DNA of 27,435 nucleotides from Bdellovibrionia bacterium (GCA_045805065.1 JBJMMA010000165.1:1-27435), one strand, 5' to 3'. Counted from the first letter of the stretch, positions 8,967 to 16,715 are shown. A program made the numbers and translations. The notes: a model not told the origin generated them from the sequence alone.

Positions 8967-9296
8967 GATCGCTTTCAGAAAAAACTCGGCAGTCGCTTGT
9001 TTATTCCCGACAAAAAAGTTCTTAGCTATATTTCCCGGCTTTTTTTGAGCTTTTATTGAACTTTGTCATGCATGAAACACATATTCTCTAATCTCAGTTT
9101 AAAATTCTGATTGACGAAAAACCTCGTCCGCGTGTTAGGGTCTCAGACCATAAACAACACGCCAACCCCGTCATGAAAGCCAGACTTGCAGTGAGCGAGT
9201 CGCTTGTGGAGGGAGTTTTTGGAGCAGTCATCGGGTCTATGGAAAGAGCCGGCTCCATTCTAAATCTGTTGGCGCAGACGCAAGGAGGAGTCCGTA

Positions 9297-10058
9297 ATGA
9301 GTATGAGAAACAACAATAAAGGTGCATTCGCGTCTTTCGTATCACGTGGTGCATCAATCGGTGTAGCATTCGCTTTCACCGCGATCGCACTTTCCGGCTG
9401 TAATTCCGGCGGTGCTGCTGGCGAAGCTCCATCGGCAGGCGCAGCCCCACAATCCAACAATTCGTCAGGTTCTACCGGCGACAATTCCGGGCTTGTCACG
9501 CCATCTTGCGTGAACGGCGATTCGAATCACATCTGCCTGGCAGTGCAATTCGTTTCCTACAAGGATTCCAACGGCACTCCAGTTGCCAACGAGAGCCAAG
9601 TCAAGACCATCGTAAACACGATGAATAACTTATTCGCTCAATGCAATATCGGCTTCCAGGTCGAGAAGTACGAGCAAGTCGACCCAACTCAAGTGGGCCT
9701 CTCCTACGGCGCAAGTTCACAAGGCGAAGTCGACCAGATCCGCAGCACTTACGGCACCGAAAAGAACATGCTTCTTGCCGTGAACACCGGCCCATGGGGA
9801 ACCGCTGTGAACGCATGGACCAATATGCCAGGATCCGCTCCATACGGCGCGATCATGGAAAAAAGCATCGTCGGCTACGGCGACGGGATTATCTATGCTC
9901 ACGAGTTCGGCCACTATCTGGGACTCGATCACGTTTCCGATCAATCCGATCTCATGGATGCGATCATTTACACTTCGTCCACTGCCCTGACGAGCGATCA
10001 ATGCGCTACTGCGCGCCAGACCGCTACGCAGTTCTGGACGGCGATGAATCGCCGCTAA
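9297..10058 (+). CDS. Matrixin-like (metzincin) zinc metalloprotease, lipoprotein
   Basis: Lipobox LSGC; HEFGHYLGLDH zinc motif followed by Met-turn DLM; strong AAGGAGGAG RBS. Confidence 0.85.
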   Translation: MSMRNNNKGAFASFVSRGASIGVAFAFTAIALSGCNSGGAAGEAPSAGAAPQSNNSSGSTGDNSGLVTPSCVNGDSNHICLAVQFVSYKDSNGTPVANESQVKTIVNTMNNLFAQCNIGFQVEKYEQVDPTQVGLSYGASSQGEVDQIRSTYGTEKNMLLAVNTGPWGTAVNAWTNMPGSAPYGAIMEKSIVGYGDGIIYAHEFGHYLGLDHVSDQSDLMDAIIYTSSTALTSDQCATARQTATQFWTAMNRR

Positions 10059-10104
10059 TTGTTCGATAGATTGAGAGAGAGTTAGCTAGTAGTCAGTCAC
10101 TCGC

Positions 10105-10151
10105 AAACAAAAAGGGCTGCACACCAGGAAGGTGCGCAGCCCTTTTGTTTT
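10105..10151. terminator. Bidirectional intrinsic terminator
   Basis: 16-bp perfect inverted repeat AAACAAAAAGGGCTGC...GCAGCCCTTTTTGTTT between convergent genes, with A/T tracts on both sides. Confidence 0.9.
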
Positions 10152-10168
10152 ATTTGAATCAAAACCAA

Positions 10169-10633
10169 TTAATTGCAGGTACCGGAGACGTTCATGTAGG
10201 ACGCGTAAATGCTTCCAAAGAACCCTCCGTTAGGAGTGCAGGTGCCAGATACCATCGGGCTGCCGCTCATGCCGGTGCCATTGAATGAGCTACCGTCCGA
10301 GCAACTGCCGTTGAAGTTGACATACTGTGGACCCGGATATGCGTTGAAGGAATTGCCGTAGCAGGTGCCTGAAATCATCGAGCTTTGGGTGTAACCCGAA
10401 GCCTGATAACTGACGCCGCCGCTGCAGGTTCCGCTCGAAGAAACATTCGCGCTCGAAATCCAGCCTGTGCAGGATCCGTTGCTGCAGAAACCACTCACCG
10501 ATTGTCCTGGAACGTAAGCAGATCCCATGCAACTGACAGAGAGAGTCTCGGCCTTTGCTGCACCTGAAAAAACTGTCAAAGAAGAAATCACCAGAACAGC
10601 AAGAACAGCCAGATTAGCCAAAATCATTTTCAT
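10169..10633 (-). CDS. Secreted Cys/Gly/Ser-rich repeat protein (154 aa)
   Basis: AAGGAG RBS before ATG 10633; signal peptide ending AKA; six [S/N]GxC motifs spaced 20-21 aa apart. Confidence 0.8.
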   Translation of the reverse strand: MKMILANLAVLAVLVISSLTVFSGAAKAETLSVSCMGSAYVPGQSVSGFCSNGSCTGWISSANVSSSGTCSGGVSYQASGYTQSSMISGTCYGNSFNAYPGPQYVNFNGSCSDGSSFNGTGMSGSPMVSGTCTPNGGFFGSIYASYMNVSGTCN

Positions 10634-10892
10634 ATTCGATCTCCTTGGAATCTCGGGCCGGCGCGGCCCGCCCTGGTCAGTGAAAATTCCCTTAAAGCCG
10701 AGCTGATATCCCATAAATCCTCTCGTCTGTAAACGAGCGGCTCATCGCGCTTAGTGTCGTACTTTTCTAAACAACCGACAAGAGTTTTCCGTTGCAGCCG
10801 TTTTCTAAACTCACTACTGTGTAAGAATTAGTAATAACGATAACTCCGGTTCAGCAACTGGCCGGGCATACGATACGAAAGTCAGGTAAATC

Positions 10893-11414
10893 ATGTCAGA
10901 TTCACGTCAGGTCACTGGTCCGACCACCGTTTCATCCACTACTCCACGTAATGGATCAGGTCGTCATTTCTCCGTCTTTGACTACACCATCACTCTCACC
11001 CGCAAGCATCGCTATCTGGTTGTGAGCTCCCCGGAATTCGGGATTCAGATCGCATCGAACTATGTCGATCTCGACAATCTCTCTCCCGAGGAGATCGGAA
11101 TGTCTGTCCTCCAATTGATTCGTCAGATGGATGTCAGGCTCAATCAGATGACTATGCGAGGCGAAAAAGCTCCGAAGCCTCTTCGTGCTCGAGGAGTGAA
11201 CGCCCTTCTGGACCGCGAGTATCTCTCCAGCAGAGAAGCCGCGAAAGTCCTGGGCGTCTCCACCGCCACGCTTCGCAAGATGGTCAAGTCAGGTACTGTC
11301 CGGGCAGAAAAAACCCCAGGCGGACACCTTCGCTTCGCAATCGATGCTCTCGCTCATATGGCTGCCACAGAACCCAGTTCTGTCTCCCACTTGAGCGACA
11401 AAAGAATCGCTTAA
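10893..11414 (+). CDS. Excisionase/BldC-type HTH protein with HicB-like N-terminal domain
   Basis: C-terminal YLSSREAAKVLGVSTATLRKMVKSGTVRAEKTPGGHLRF (HTH_17/MerR-like); N-terminal YTITLTRKHRYLVVSSPEFG...RGEKAPKP resembles the HicB pattern. Confidence 0.75.
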   Translation: MSDSRQVTGPTTVSSTTPRNGSGRHFSVFDYTITLTRKHRYLVVSSPEFGIQIASNYVDLDNLSPEEIGMSVLQLIRQMDVRLNQMTMRGEKAPKPLRARGVNALLDREYLSSREAAKVLGVSTATLRKMVKSGTVRAEKTPGGHLRFAIDALAHMAATEPSSVSHLSDKRIA

Positions 11415-11477
11415 CGAATCACCACATAGTTTTGTCGAGGCGGCCTCGCCGCAACGCTTAAAAAGGAGAATCACAAC

Positions 11478-11921
11478 ATGCGTAACACATGTTTTGTTAT
11501 TGGAAACATTGGATCAGATCCCATTGAAAGAGCTCGCAACGAGAAGACCGGCCCAATCGTCGGATTCTCTGTCGCAGAAAACGTTCAGACCTACGACAAG
11601 GAAACGCGTCAGTATAAGACCCTGCACACGAACTGGTTTAACGTCACGGTTTTCGGAAACCTGGCGGAAAGAGCCAAAAACAACGTGCGCAAGGGAGATC
11701 GCGTCGCCGTTCAAGGTCGAATGAAAGTCTCCAAGTTCACGGACAAATCCGGACAAGACCGGACTTCGTTCGAGATCATTGCAGAAGAGATCGCTCATTG
11801 GCAGACCCTGCCGTCCGCGGGCGCGGGCGGGGACTCTGCTGATGAGTCATCTCGATCCGATCGAGGGAGAGCAAGCAGGGGCGGCTACACGTCAATTGAA
11901 GACGAAGCTCTTCCCTTCTAA
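11478..11921 (+). CDS. ssb: Single-stranded DNA-binding protein (possibly a secondary paralog)
   Basis: IGNIGSDP, TNWFNVTVFGNLAE, KGDRVAVQGRM, acidic tail EDEALPF; AAGGAG RBS. Confidence 0.92.
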   Translation: MRNTCFVIGNIGSDPIERARNEKTGPIVGFSVAENVQTYDKETRQYKTLHTNWFNVTVFGNLAERAKNNVRKGDRVAVQGRMKVSKFTDKSGQDRTSFEIIAEEIAHWQTLPSAGAGGDSADESSRSDRGRASRGGYTSIEDEALPF

Positions 11922-11948
11922 GTCGAGCTAAGAGTCCTTACTCAGCCC

Positions 11949-12596
11949 TCACTCCACTCTCAGGGTGCCGCGCATCGCTTGGCCCTGGCCAGGATACGTA
12001 CTGATGTACGGATAATCGCCGGGCTGATCCGGTGCGCGGAAAACCACAATATCGGTCTCTCCTGCTCGAATCAGCTTTGAAGCTGCCAATACATCGTCGG
12101 TCTTTGGAATGAAGTCTTCCTGAAGTCCGGCGCGATCGGCCTGCAAAATCACTTCGCCGGTTTTTCCAGGCTTCACCAATACCCAGCTGAAAAGATAATT
12201 GAGCTTCGGGTTCGTTTCGTTCTTGAACCGAACACTGATGACTTCACCTGGCTTTGCCTTGATCTCTGTCGCATCGTAAGCTGGAATATCCGCAGCCGTG
12301 CCAATCTCATACGAGCGTGAAACCTGCTCGGCTTTGACATCTCGCTGAAGCACGGGAACTTTTCCCTTATTCACGAGCTCTTCACCGCCCTTGACTGTCT
12401 TGTCCGGGAGAGTCTGATCTTTCACTTCCGGAGGCGAGCCATTGTCAGCGCTACCTGCGTACTCACCTGGCCCAGGGCCCCGAAGCGTGCTCTTTGCCAC
12501 AAAGAAAATGGTCAGCGAGACCAGAAAAAGAATCGCAATACTCGCCAGAGGCACCCATTTTTTGAAACCGTAAGGTAGCTTAACCCGTCTTTTCAT
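11949..12596 (-). CDS. Membrane-anchored azurin/auracyanin-fold protein with degenerate copper site
   Basis: N-terminal TM helix, then IKAKPGEVISVRFKN...WVLVKPG...VLAASKLIRAGETDIVVFRAP.PGDYPYISTYPGQGQAMRGTLRVE. GGAG RBS before ATG 12596. Confidence 0.8.
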   Translation of the reverse strand: MKRRVKLPYGFKKWVPLASIAILFLVSLTIFFVAKSTLRGPGPGEYAGSADNGSPPEVKDQTLPDKTVKGGEELVNKGKVPVLQRDVKAEQVSRSYEIGTAADIPAYDATEIKAKPGEVISVRFKNETNPKLNYLFSWVLVKPGKTGEVILQADRAGLQEDFIPKTDDVLAASKLIRAGETDIVVFRAPDQPGDYPYISTYPGQGQAMRGTLRVE

Positions 12597-13644
12597 TGTT
12601 TCGCTCCGCTGCTTTTTCTCCAAGCTTTAATATCCCGCTTCGCGCAATGGTTCTTTTCTGATGTAAGTATCCCGGTTCAGGTTTTTGCCTCGAGCGGAAG
12701 AATCGCTCTTTGCTCGACACCGTCGAAGGCAAAATCCGATTCACATAGGACAAAGCTTCGGCCGTAAAGCCTGGCAGGATCGCTGAGACATACCGTGCGA
12801 TGATTGCGGGCATTCCCAGTGTCACAACGGCTTGGCCATGTCGTGCCGCCTCGACGATCTTCCTGGCCGCGCGATTGGCATTCATCGAAAGAACCGGAAG
12901 AGAAGCGCTGACACTGAACCAGCCTGCCTCGGAACTCGCCTTTCCTTTAAAAAGGGCATTAAGAAAAGAGCCCGTCCGCATGAGGCCTGGAATGACCGTG
13001 GTCACCATGATCCCGTACTGACTCACTTCAGAGCGCAGGCCTTGAGAAAATCCGACGGCTGCAAATTTGGCTGAAGAATAAGGCAGAAGATGAGGCACAG
13101 CGACAACACCGCCGATTGAGGTCACATTCACGATGCGACCGCCCCGTTGCTTCACCATTTGAGGAAGAGCTGCATAGGTTGCATGAACGCCGCCCCAGAA
13201 ATTGACATCCATGGCTTCGCGTATGTCGAATTCATTCATCTCCGCAGCAGGTCCGACTTGAATGATGCTAGCGTTGTTGATCAGAACATCGATGCGTCCA
13301 AAAGTTGAGACCACGCGATCCATGAAGTCCTGGACCTCATTCTTTTTGGCAACATCACATGTTTGAACGAGAACATCCGCGCCCCGCGATTCAAGCTCAT
13401 ACCTGGCTCGGTTGAGTTCGTCGGCGTTTCGGGAACAAAGCGCAAGGCGAGCCCCCTCGGACGCAAACTGCCTGGCCAGAATGAGGCCCAATCCTCTTGA
13501 GCCCCCCATGATCACGACCACGCGACCGCGGAAACTGATTTGGCGTTCCCGCGCACGTACGCCTAAAAGAAAGCCCGCCACTCCCACAAGCGGGGTGGAC
13601 TGCAAGCCGCGCCGCAAAAGAGTTCGGAGAACTAGACTTTTCAT
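12580..13644 (-). CDS. Short-chain dehydrogenase/reductase (SDR)
   Basis: GGSRGLG, DVLINNA, SIGG, YSSAK catalytic motif, PGLMRT. Confidence 0.92.
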   Translation of the reverse strand: MKSLVLRTLLRRGLQSTPLVGVAGFLLGVRARERQISFRGRVVVIMGGSRGLGLILARQFASEGARLALCSRNADELNRARYELESRGADVLVQTCDVAKKNEVQDFMDRVVSTFGRIDVLINNASIIQVGPAAEMNEFDIREAMDVNFWGGVHATYAALPQMVKQRGGRIVNVTSIGGVVAVPHLLPYSSAKFAAVGFSQGLRSEVSQYGIMVTTVIPGLMRTGSFLNALFKGKASSEAGWFSVSASLPVLSMNANRAARKIVEAARHGQAVVTLGMPAIIARYVSAILPGFTAEALSYVNRILPSTVSSKERFFRSRQKPEPGYLHQKRTIARSGILKLGEKAAERNNEKTG

Positions 13645-13664
13645 CCCCTTACCTCGACTTGCCC

Positions 13665-13871
13665 TTATCTAGATTTTCTACGAAGCTTGGCACGCTTCGC
13701 TCTTTTAACATCAGCTAAAGGAGGGCTTCCTGGGGTTGGTACGGCTTGTTCGGCCGGCCCGCGTCGAGATCCAACGAATCCCCCGCCTCCGGCTGCCCCT
13801 GAATGCTGTGTTCTGAGTTTAAATGCAGTCTTAACTGATTTAGCCAAGCCTTTTCTGGCACGTTCCGTCAT
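13665..13871 (-). CDS. Small highly basic hypothetical protein (68 aa)
   Basis: MTERARK...KRAKRAKLRRKSR; 18 R/K versus 3 acidic residues; sigma54-like element 13 nt upstream; first gene of the SDR-azurin operon. Confidence 0.6.
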   Translation of the reverse strand: MTERARKGLAKSVKTAFKLRTQHSGAAGGGGFVGSRRGPAEQAVPTPGSPPLADVKRAKRAKLRRKSR

Positions 13872-13883
13872 GCCCACTGATTA

Positions 13884-13899
13884 TGCAGAGTCCGTTCCA
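13884..13899 (-). promoter_or_regulatory. Putative sigma54 promoter (leaderless geometry)
   Basis: TGGAAC-GGACT-CTGCA; GC ends 13 nt before ATG 13871. Confidence 0.6.
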
Positions 13900-13924
13900 C
13901 AGCGGCTTAAAACCTCTGGCGCCT

Positions 13925-13940
13925 CGGTCAGACATTCGCT
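13925..13940 (+). promoter_or_regulatory. Putative sigma54 promoter (leaderless geometry), divergent from the previous one
   Basis: CGGTCA-GACAT-TCGCT; GC ends 14 nt before ATG 13954. Confidence 0.5.
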
Positions 13941-13953
13941 ATGAGATGATTCT

Positions 13954-14112
13954 ATGAAAGCGATGACCTATCTTTTCTATTCTGCCGTTGCTGGAGTTGC
14001 TGTGTGCCTTGTAATGACGATCGTGACCGCCATTCACCAGCACCAGGAAAAGAAAGCAGCGGAGTCCGCACCTCTCTCGATTCCTCTTCCTGCCGAAGCA
14101 CCCCACTCTTGA
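13954..14112 (+). CDS. Small single-TM membrane protein (52 aa), below the ORF-track cutoff
   Basis: Manual translation MKAMTYLFYSAVAGVAVCLVMTIVTAIHQHQEKKAAESAPLSIPLPAEAPHS; a clean hydrophobic helix followed by a polar tail. Confidence 0.6.
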   Translation: MKAMTYLFYSAVAGVAVCLVMTIVTAIHQHQEKKAAESAPLSIPLPAEAPHS

Positions 14113-14137
14113 TCTCCGCGGAGTTCCGCCTCATACT
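14109..14137 (+). promoter_or_regulatory. Possible sigma70 promoter for the Hpt gene (very short leader)
   Basis: TTGATC-N17-CATACT, ending 11 nt before ATG 14149; no SD. Confidence 0.4.
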
Positions 14138-14148
14138 CAATTCTAAGT

Positions 14149-14499
14149 ATGAGTTTGGATCAAGATACCCTGAACAGTCTTCGTGAGCTTGTGTCTGCAG
14201 ATCAGCCTGATTTCCTGAAGCAGATCCTTACGCTTTTTCAGGATACGGCTCCGATGAAAGTTCGTTCGATTCAAACGGCACTCGGACAAAGCGATTACGC
14301 TACGATTGCCCGCGAAGCTCACACGCTCAAGTCCAGCAGCGCCAATATCGGCGCGCTTGAGCTCTCCACAGTCTGTCAGACCTTGGAAAAGGCCGCTCGC
14401 TCGTCTGATGCTACAACCGTTTCCCAGGAATCCGCAAAACTTCAACCAGCCCTGAACACTGCTCTCACCTTGATCGCTCAGCTTCCTGAAATGCAATAA
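14149..14499 (+). CDS. Stand-alone Hpt (histidine phosphotransfer) protein
   Basis: AREAHTLKSSSANIGALELSTVCQTLE is the canonical Hpt motif with the phospho-His. Confidence 0.92.
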   Translation: MSLDQDTLNSLRELVSADQPDFLKQILTLFQDTAPMKVRSIQTALGQSDYATIAREAHTLKSSSANIGALELSTVCQTLEKAARSSDATTVSQESAKLQPALNTALTLIAQLPEMQ

Positions 14500-14514
14500 G
14501 GAATCGATTCAGCG

Positions 14515-14530
14515 CGGCTCGACGTTTGCA
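14515..14530 (+). promoter_or_regulatory. Putative sigma54 promoter (leaderless geometry)
   Basis: CGGCTC-GACGT-TTGCA; GC ends 13 nt before ATG 14543; no SD. Confidence 0.6.
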
Positions 14531-14542
14531 GTCCTTCAGATC

Positions 14543-15154
14543 ATGGAACAACTTAACGAGTCGTATCATGATCCTTTGGCGAACGACCGTTCGGCGGAAA
14601 CGGGTTCACCTAAGCTCCATACGAGTAACGCGCCCTCTTTCTCATCCGTCGCGCACGAGATGACTGAAAGCATCAAGGCCGTGATTCGCAGCGAGCTCCA
14701 CCTCGCAAAAGCGGAATTCAAGGAGAACGGATCTCAGGCAGCCCGATACAGTGTCCGGATGGTTATTTTCGCAGCCATCGCGGCATTGGGTATTTTTCCG
14801 CTCCTCGCCTTCCTGGTCGTCGGACTGGGAAGACTGTTGAACGATAATTACTGGCTGAGTTCCTTGATCGTCTCGGTCGTCCTGTTCGGCGTGGGCGGAG
14901 GCGTCGCCTATCTCATGCTCAAGAAAATCAAGCATGTGGATTTCAAGTTCGAGAACACGCGCGACAGTGTTGTCACGCAGCTCAGGACTTTCGAGCGCAA
15001 GATTCACGAAGTGGCGGACATCGCTAAAACAAAAGCATCACTCAATTATACACACACAGACGAAACAGACAACGTGACGCAGATTCGTTCCCAAACTGAC
15101 TCCCTAAATCAGACCCAAACTCATCCCCAAACTCATCCAAGGAGGGCTTCATAA
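14543..15154 (+). CDS. YqjE-like / 'phage holin family' (Phage_holin_3_6) membrane protein
   Basis: IRSELHLAKAEFKE followed by two TM helices (…WLSSLIVSVVLFGVGG). Confidence 0.8.
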   Translation: MEQLNESYHDPLANDRSAETGSPKLHTSNAPSFSSVAHEMTESIKAVIRSELHLAKAEFKENGSQAARYSVRMVIFAAIAALGIFPLLAFLVVGLGRLLNDNYWLSSLIVSVVLFGVGGGVAYLMLKKIKHVDFKFENTRDSVVTQLRTFERKIHEVADIAKTKASLNYTHTDETDNVTQIRSQTDSLNQTQTHPQTHPRRAS

Positions 15155-15684
15155 TGAGTGAATTCGACGTAAACAAAGCCAAGACGGAAACCAAACAAAG
15201 CAACGCACAACTCGAGAACGCGCTCAATCATTTCAAGGACGCCGTGGACTCGGGCGCTGAAAACGTTGGTCAAAAAAGACAGAAGCTCAACCACCTGATG
15301 GATGACAAGAGACAAGCAGCCCAGGATTTTCTTGAGAATACCTTTGAAGGCGCTGAGAGCTTTCTCGATCGTCAAAGCGATCTTTTGAAAAGAACTCTCA
15401 ACAGCACCCGCTCGGAAACCGAGGGTTTCCTGAAGGACGTACAATCATCCATTGATACGTTTACCCGCGACGTACAGAACTCCGTCTCCAGAATGCTGGG
15501 CGGCATGGAAGATCGCAGAATCACGACTTTCACGACACTGTTCCTGGCAGGCTGTCTTTTCGGTAGCTTCTTCGGTCGTCGCTATATGGGCAGAAGCTCA
15601 AACATCGACCTTCTCGAAGATCAGAGCGCTGGAAAGGCCGACATCAATCCCAGCACATCCGGTGACATGAGAAAGATCGCTTAA
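15154..15684 (+). CDS. Helical protein with C-terminal membrane anchor, YqjD/ElaB(DUF883)-like architecture
   Basis: Amphipathic helical body, then TM segment LFLAGCLFGSFFGRR; TAATG coupling to the upstream gene and GGAGG RBS. Confidence 0.6.
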   Translation: MSEFDVNKAKTETKQSNAQLENALNHFKDAVDSGAENVGQKRQKLNHLMDDKRQAAQDFLENTFEGAESFLDRQSDLLKRTLNSTRSETEGFLKDVQSSIDTFTRDVQNSVSRMLGGMEDRRITTFTTLFLAGCLFGSFFGRRYMGRSSNIDLLEDQSAGKADINPSTSGDMRKIA

Positions 15685-15703
15685 TCCAGGGCCTAAAACT
15701 CAG

Positions 15704-15745
15704 ATCTGCCGATTGCCTAAAACCCTGGCAATCGGCAGATTTTTT
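15704..15745 (+). terminator. Intrinsic terminator
   Basis: 14-bp inverted repeat ATCTGCCGATTGCC / GGCAATCGGCAGAT followed by a T-tract. Confidence 0.88.
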
Positions 15746-15793
15746 ATCTGAAATCGATTATATAGGACCTGAGACCTTCTCCTCATCGTCAAC

Positions 15794-15820
15794 TCAAGCT
15801 TTAGCAAAAGTGTCCGATAA
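15794..15820 (+). promoter_or_regulatory. Putative sigma28 (FliA) promoter of the PilZ gene
   Basis: TCAAG-N14-TCCGATAA, close to the TAAAG-N14-GCCGATAA consensus; ends 5-8 nt before GTG/ATG. Confidence 0.65.
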
Positions 15821-15825
15821 GAATA

Positions 15826-16707
15826 GTGATGAGAAGACGTCCTTGGCCTATCGTAATTCTGGCTTTCTTTCAGGTTCTAGTAGAACCGTTTAATAATCTT
15901 TTCCTCAACGCATGGTTCAGCCACACTTCTGCGCGCATCTACTTGACGTACTTCTTTGAAAGCAAACAGTGGCTAACCCTCTTCTACCTCTTTGTCCTGC
16001 CTCCGGTCATGGGCATCTCCGCTTATGCCATGAAAAAATGGAGCTACTACGTCTTCGTCGCGGGTGCGACCTGGATGCTTTTCCATAATTTCGGATTGGT
16101 TCGCGAAGGAAATATCCGACTTTCCTACGCCATCTGCCTTTATATCGGCAACATTGGATTCGTATCTTATTTCCTCCTTCCACGTGTTCATGCTCCGTAC
16201 ATGAACCCAAAAATGCGCTGGTGGGAATCAAAGACGCGCTTTCTTGTGGACTGGCCATGCCGCATCAGCTCGACGGACGAGCAAGCAACGGTCAGTTGCC
16301 GCGTTCAAGACTTTTCCGAGGGTGGCGTTTTCATTCTGAGTCCCGATACGATTCCAATGAATCAGGTCATTGAAATTCGCATGAGCCCTGAGTCGAGCGA
16401 GATTGTTGGCTTTAAAGCAAAACCGGTTTTCAGCAGACCCGTGCAAAACGGCCTGGGTTATGGTCTTCAGTTTGTTGAACTGAACAAGAGCGACGCAAAA
16501 AGACTCGCTCTTCTCTCCAAGAGCTTGCGAAAAAGCGGCACCTCTTTCCGTAACGGCCAGGATGATGCCTGGGCCGCGTTCAAAGGCTGGGCTTTGCGCC
16601 TGGTGACAACTGGCGAAGGCCTGCTTCCGGAAGCGGAACGCTCTCCTGCTCGTGCAGCACAAACTGCTTCAAGCAGTCCTGCGGAAGCATCCACAAAGAG
16701 CGCCTAA
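15826..16707 (+). CDS. Membrane protein with C-terminal PilZ domain
   Basis: About four TM helices, then RWWESKTRF and VQDFSEGGVFI (D/NxSxxG), and GYGLQFVEL. Confidence 0.82.
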   Translation: MMRRRPWPIVILAFFQVLVEPFNNLFLNAWFSHTSARIYLTYFFESKQWLTLFYLFVLPPVMGISAYAMKKWSYYVFVAGATWMLFHNFGLVREGNIRLSYAICLYIGNIGFVSYFLLPRVHAPYMNPKMRWWESKTRFLVDWPCRISSTDEQATVSCRVQDFSEGGVFILSPDTIPMNQVIEIRMSPESSEIVGFKAKPVFSRPVQNGLGYGLQFVELNKSDAKRLALLSKSLRKSGTSFRNGQDDAWAAFKGWALRLVTTGEGLLPEAERSPARAAQTASSSPAEASTKSA

Positions 16708-16715
16708 TCCGAAAT

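Noticed and set aside
9149..9296. Known riboswitch (c-di-GMP, c-di-AMP, TPP, SAM, cobalamin) or iron-responsive element in the protease leaders
   Set aside because: Diagnostic consensus blocks are absent; the CAGTGA loop lacks correct IRE stem geometry.
13952..14140. 62-aa minus-strand ORF in the track
   Set aside because: The overlapping plus-strand 52-aa ORF has a clear TM helix and a correctly placed promoter, so it is preferred.
15114..15138. 12-bp tandem duplication CCCAAACTCATC; similar Gln-periodic linkers in OmpA and HNH
   Set aside because: In-frame low-complexity linker expansions, too short to be an array or contingency locus.
14543..15684. 'Phage holin' plus nearby excisionase-like HTH and ssb as a prophage
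   Set aside because: No integrase, terminase, capsid, tail or endolysin; this family usually occurs in chromosomal YqjD/YqjE-type stress operons.
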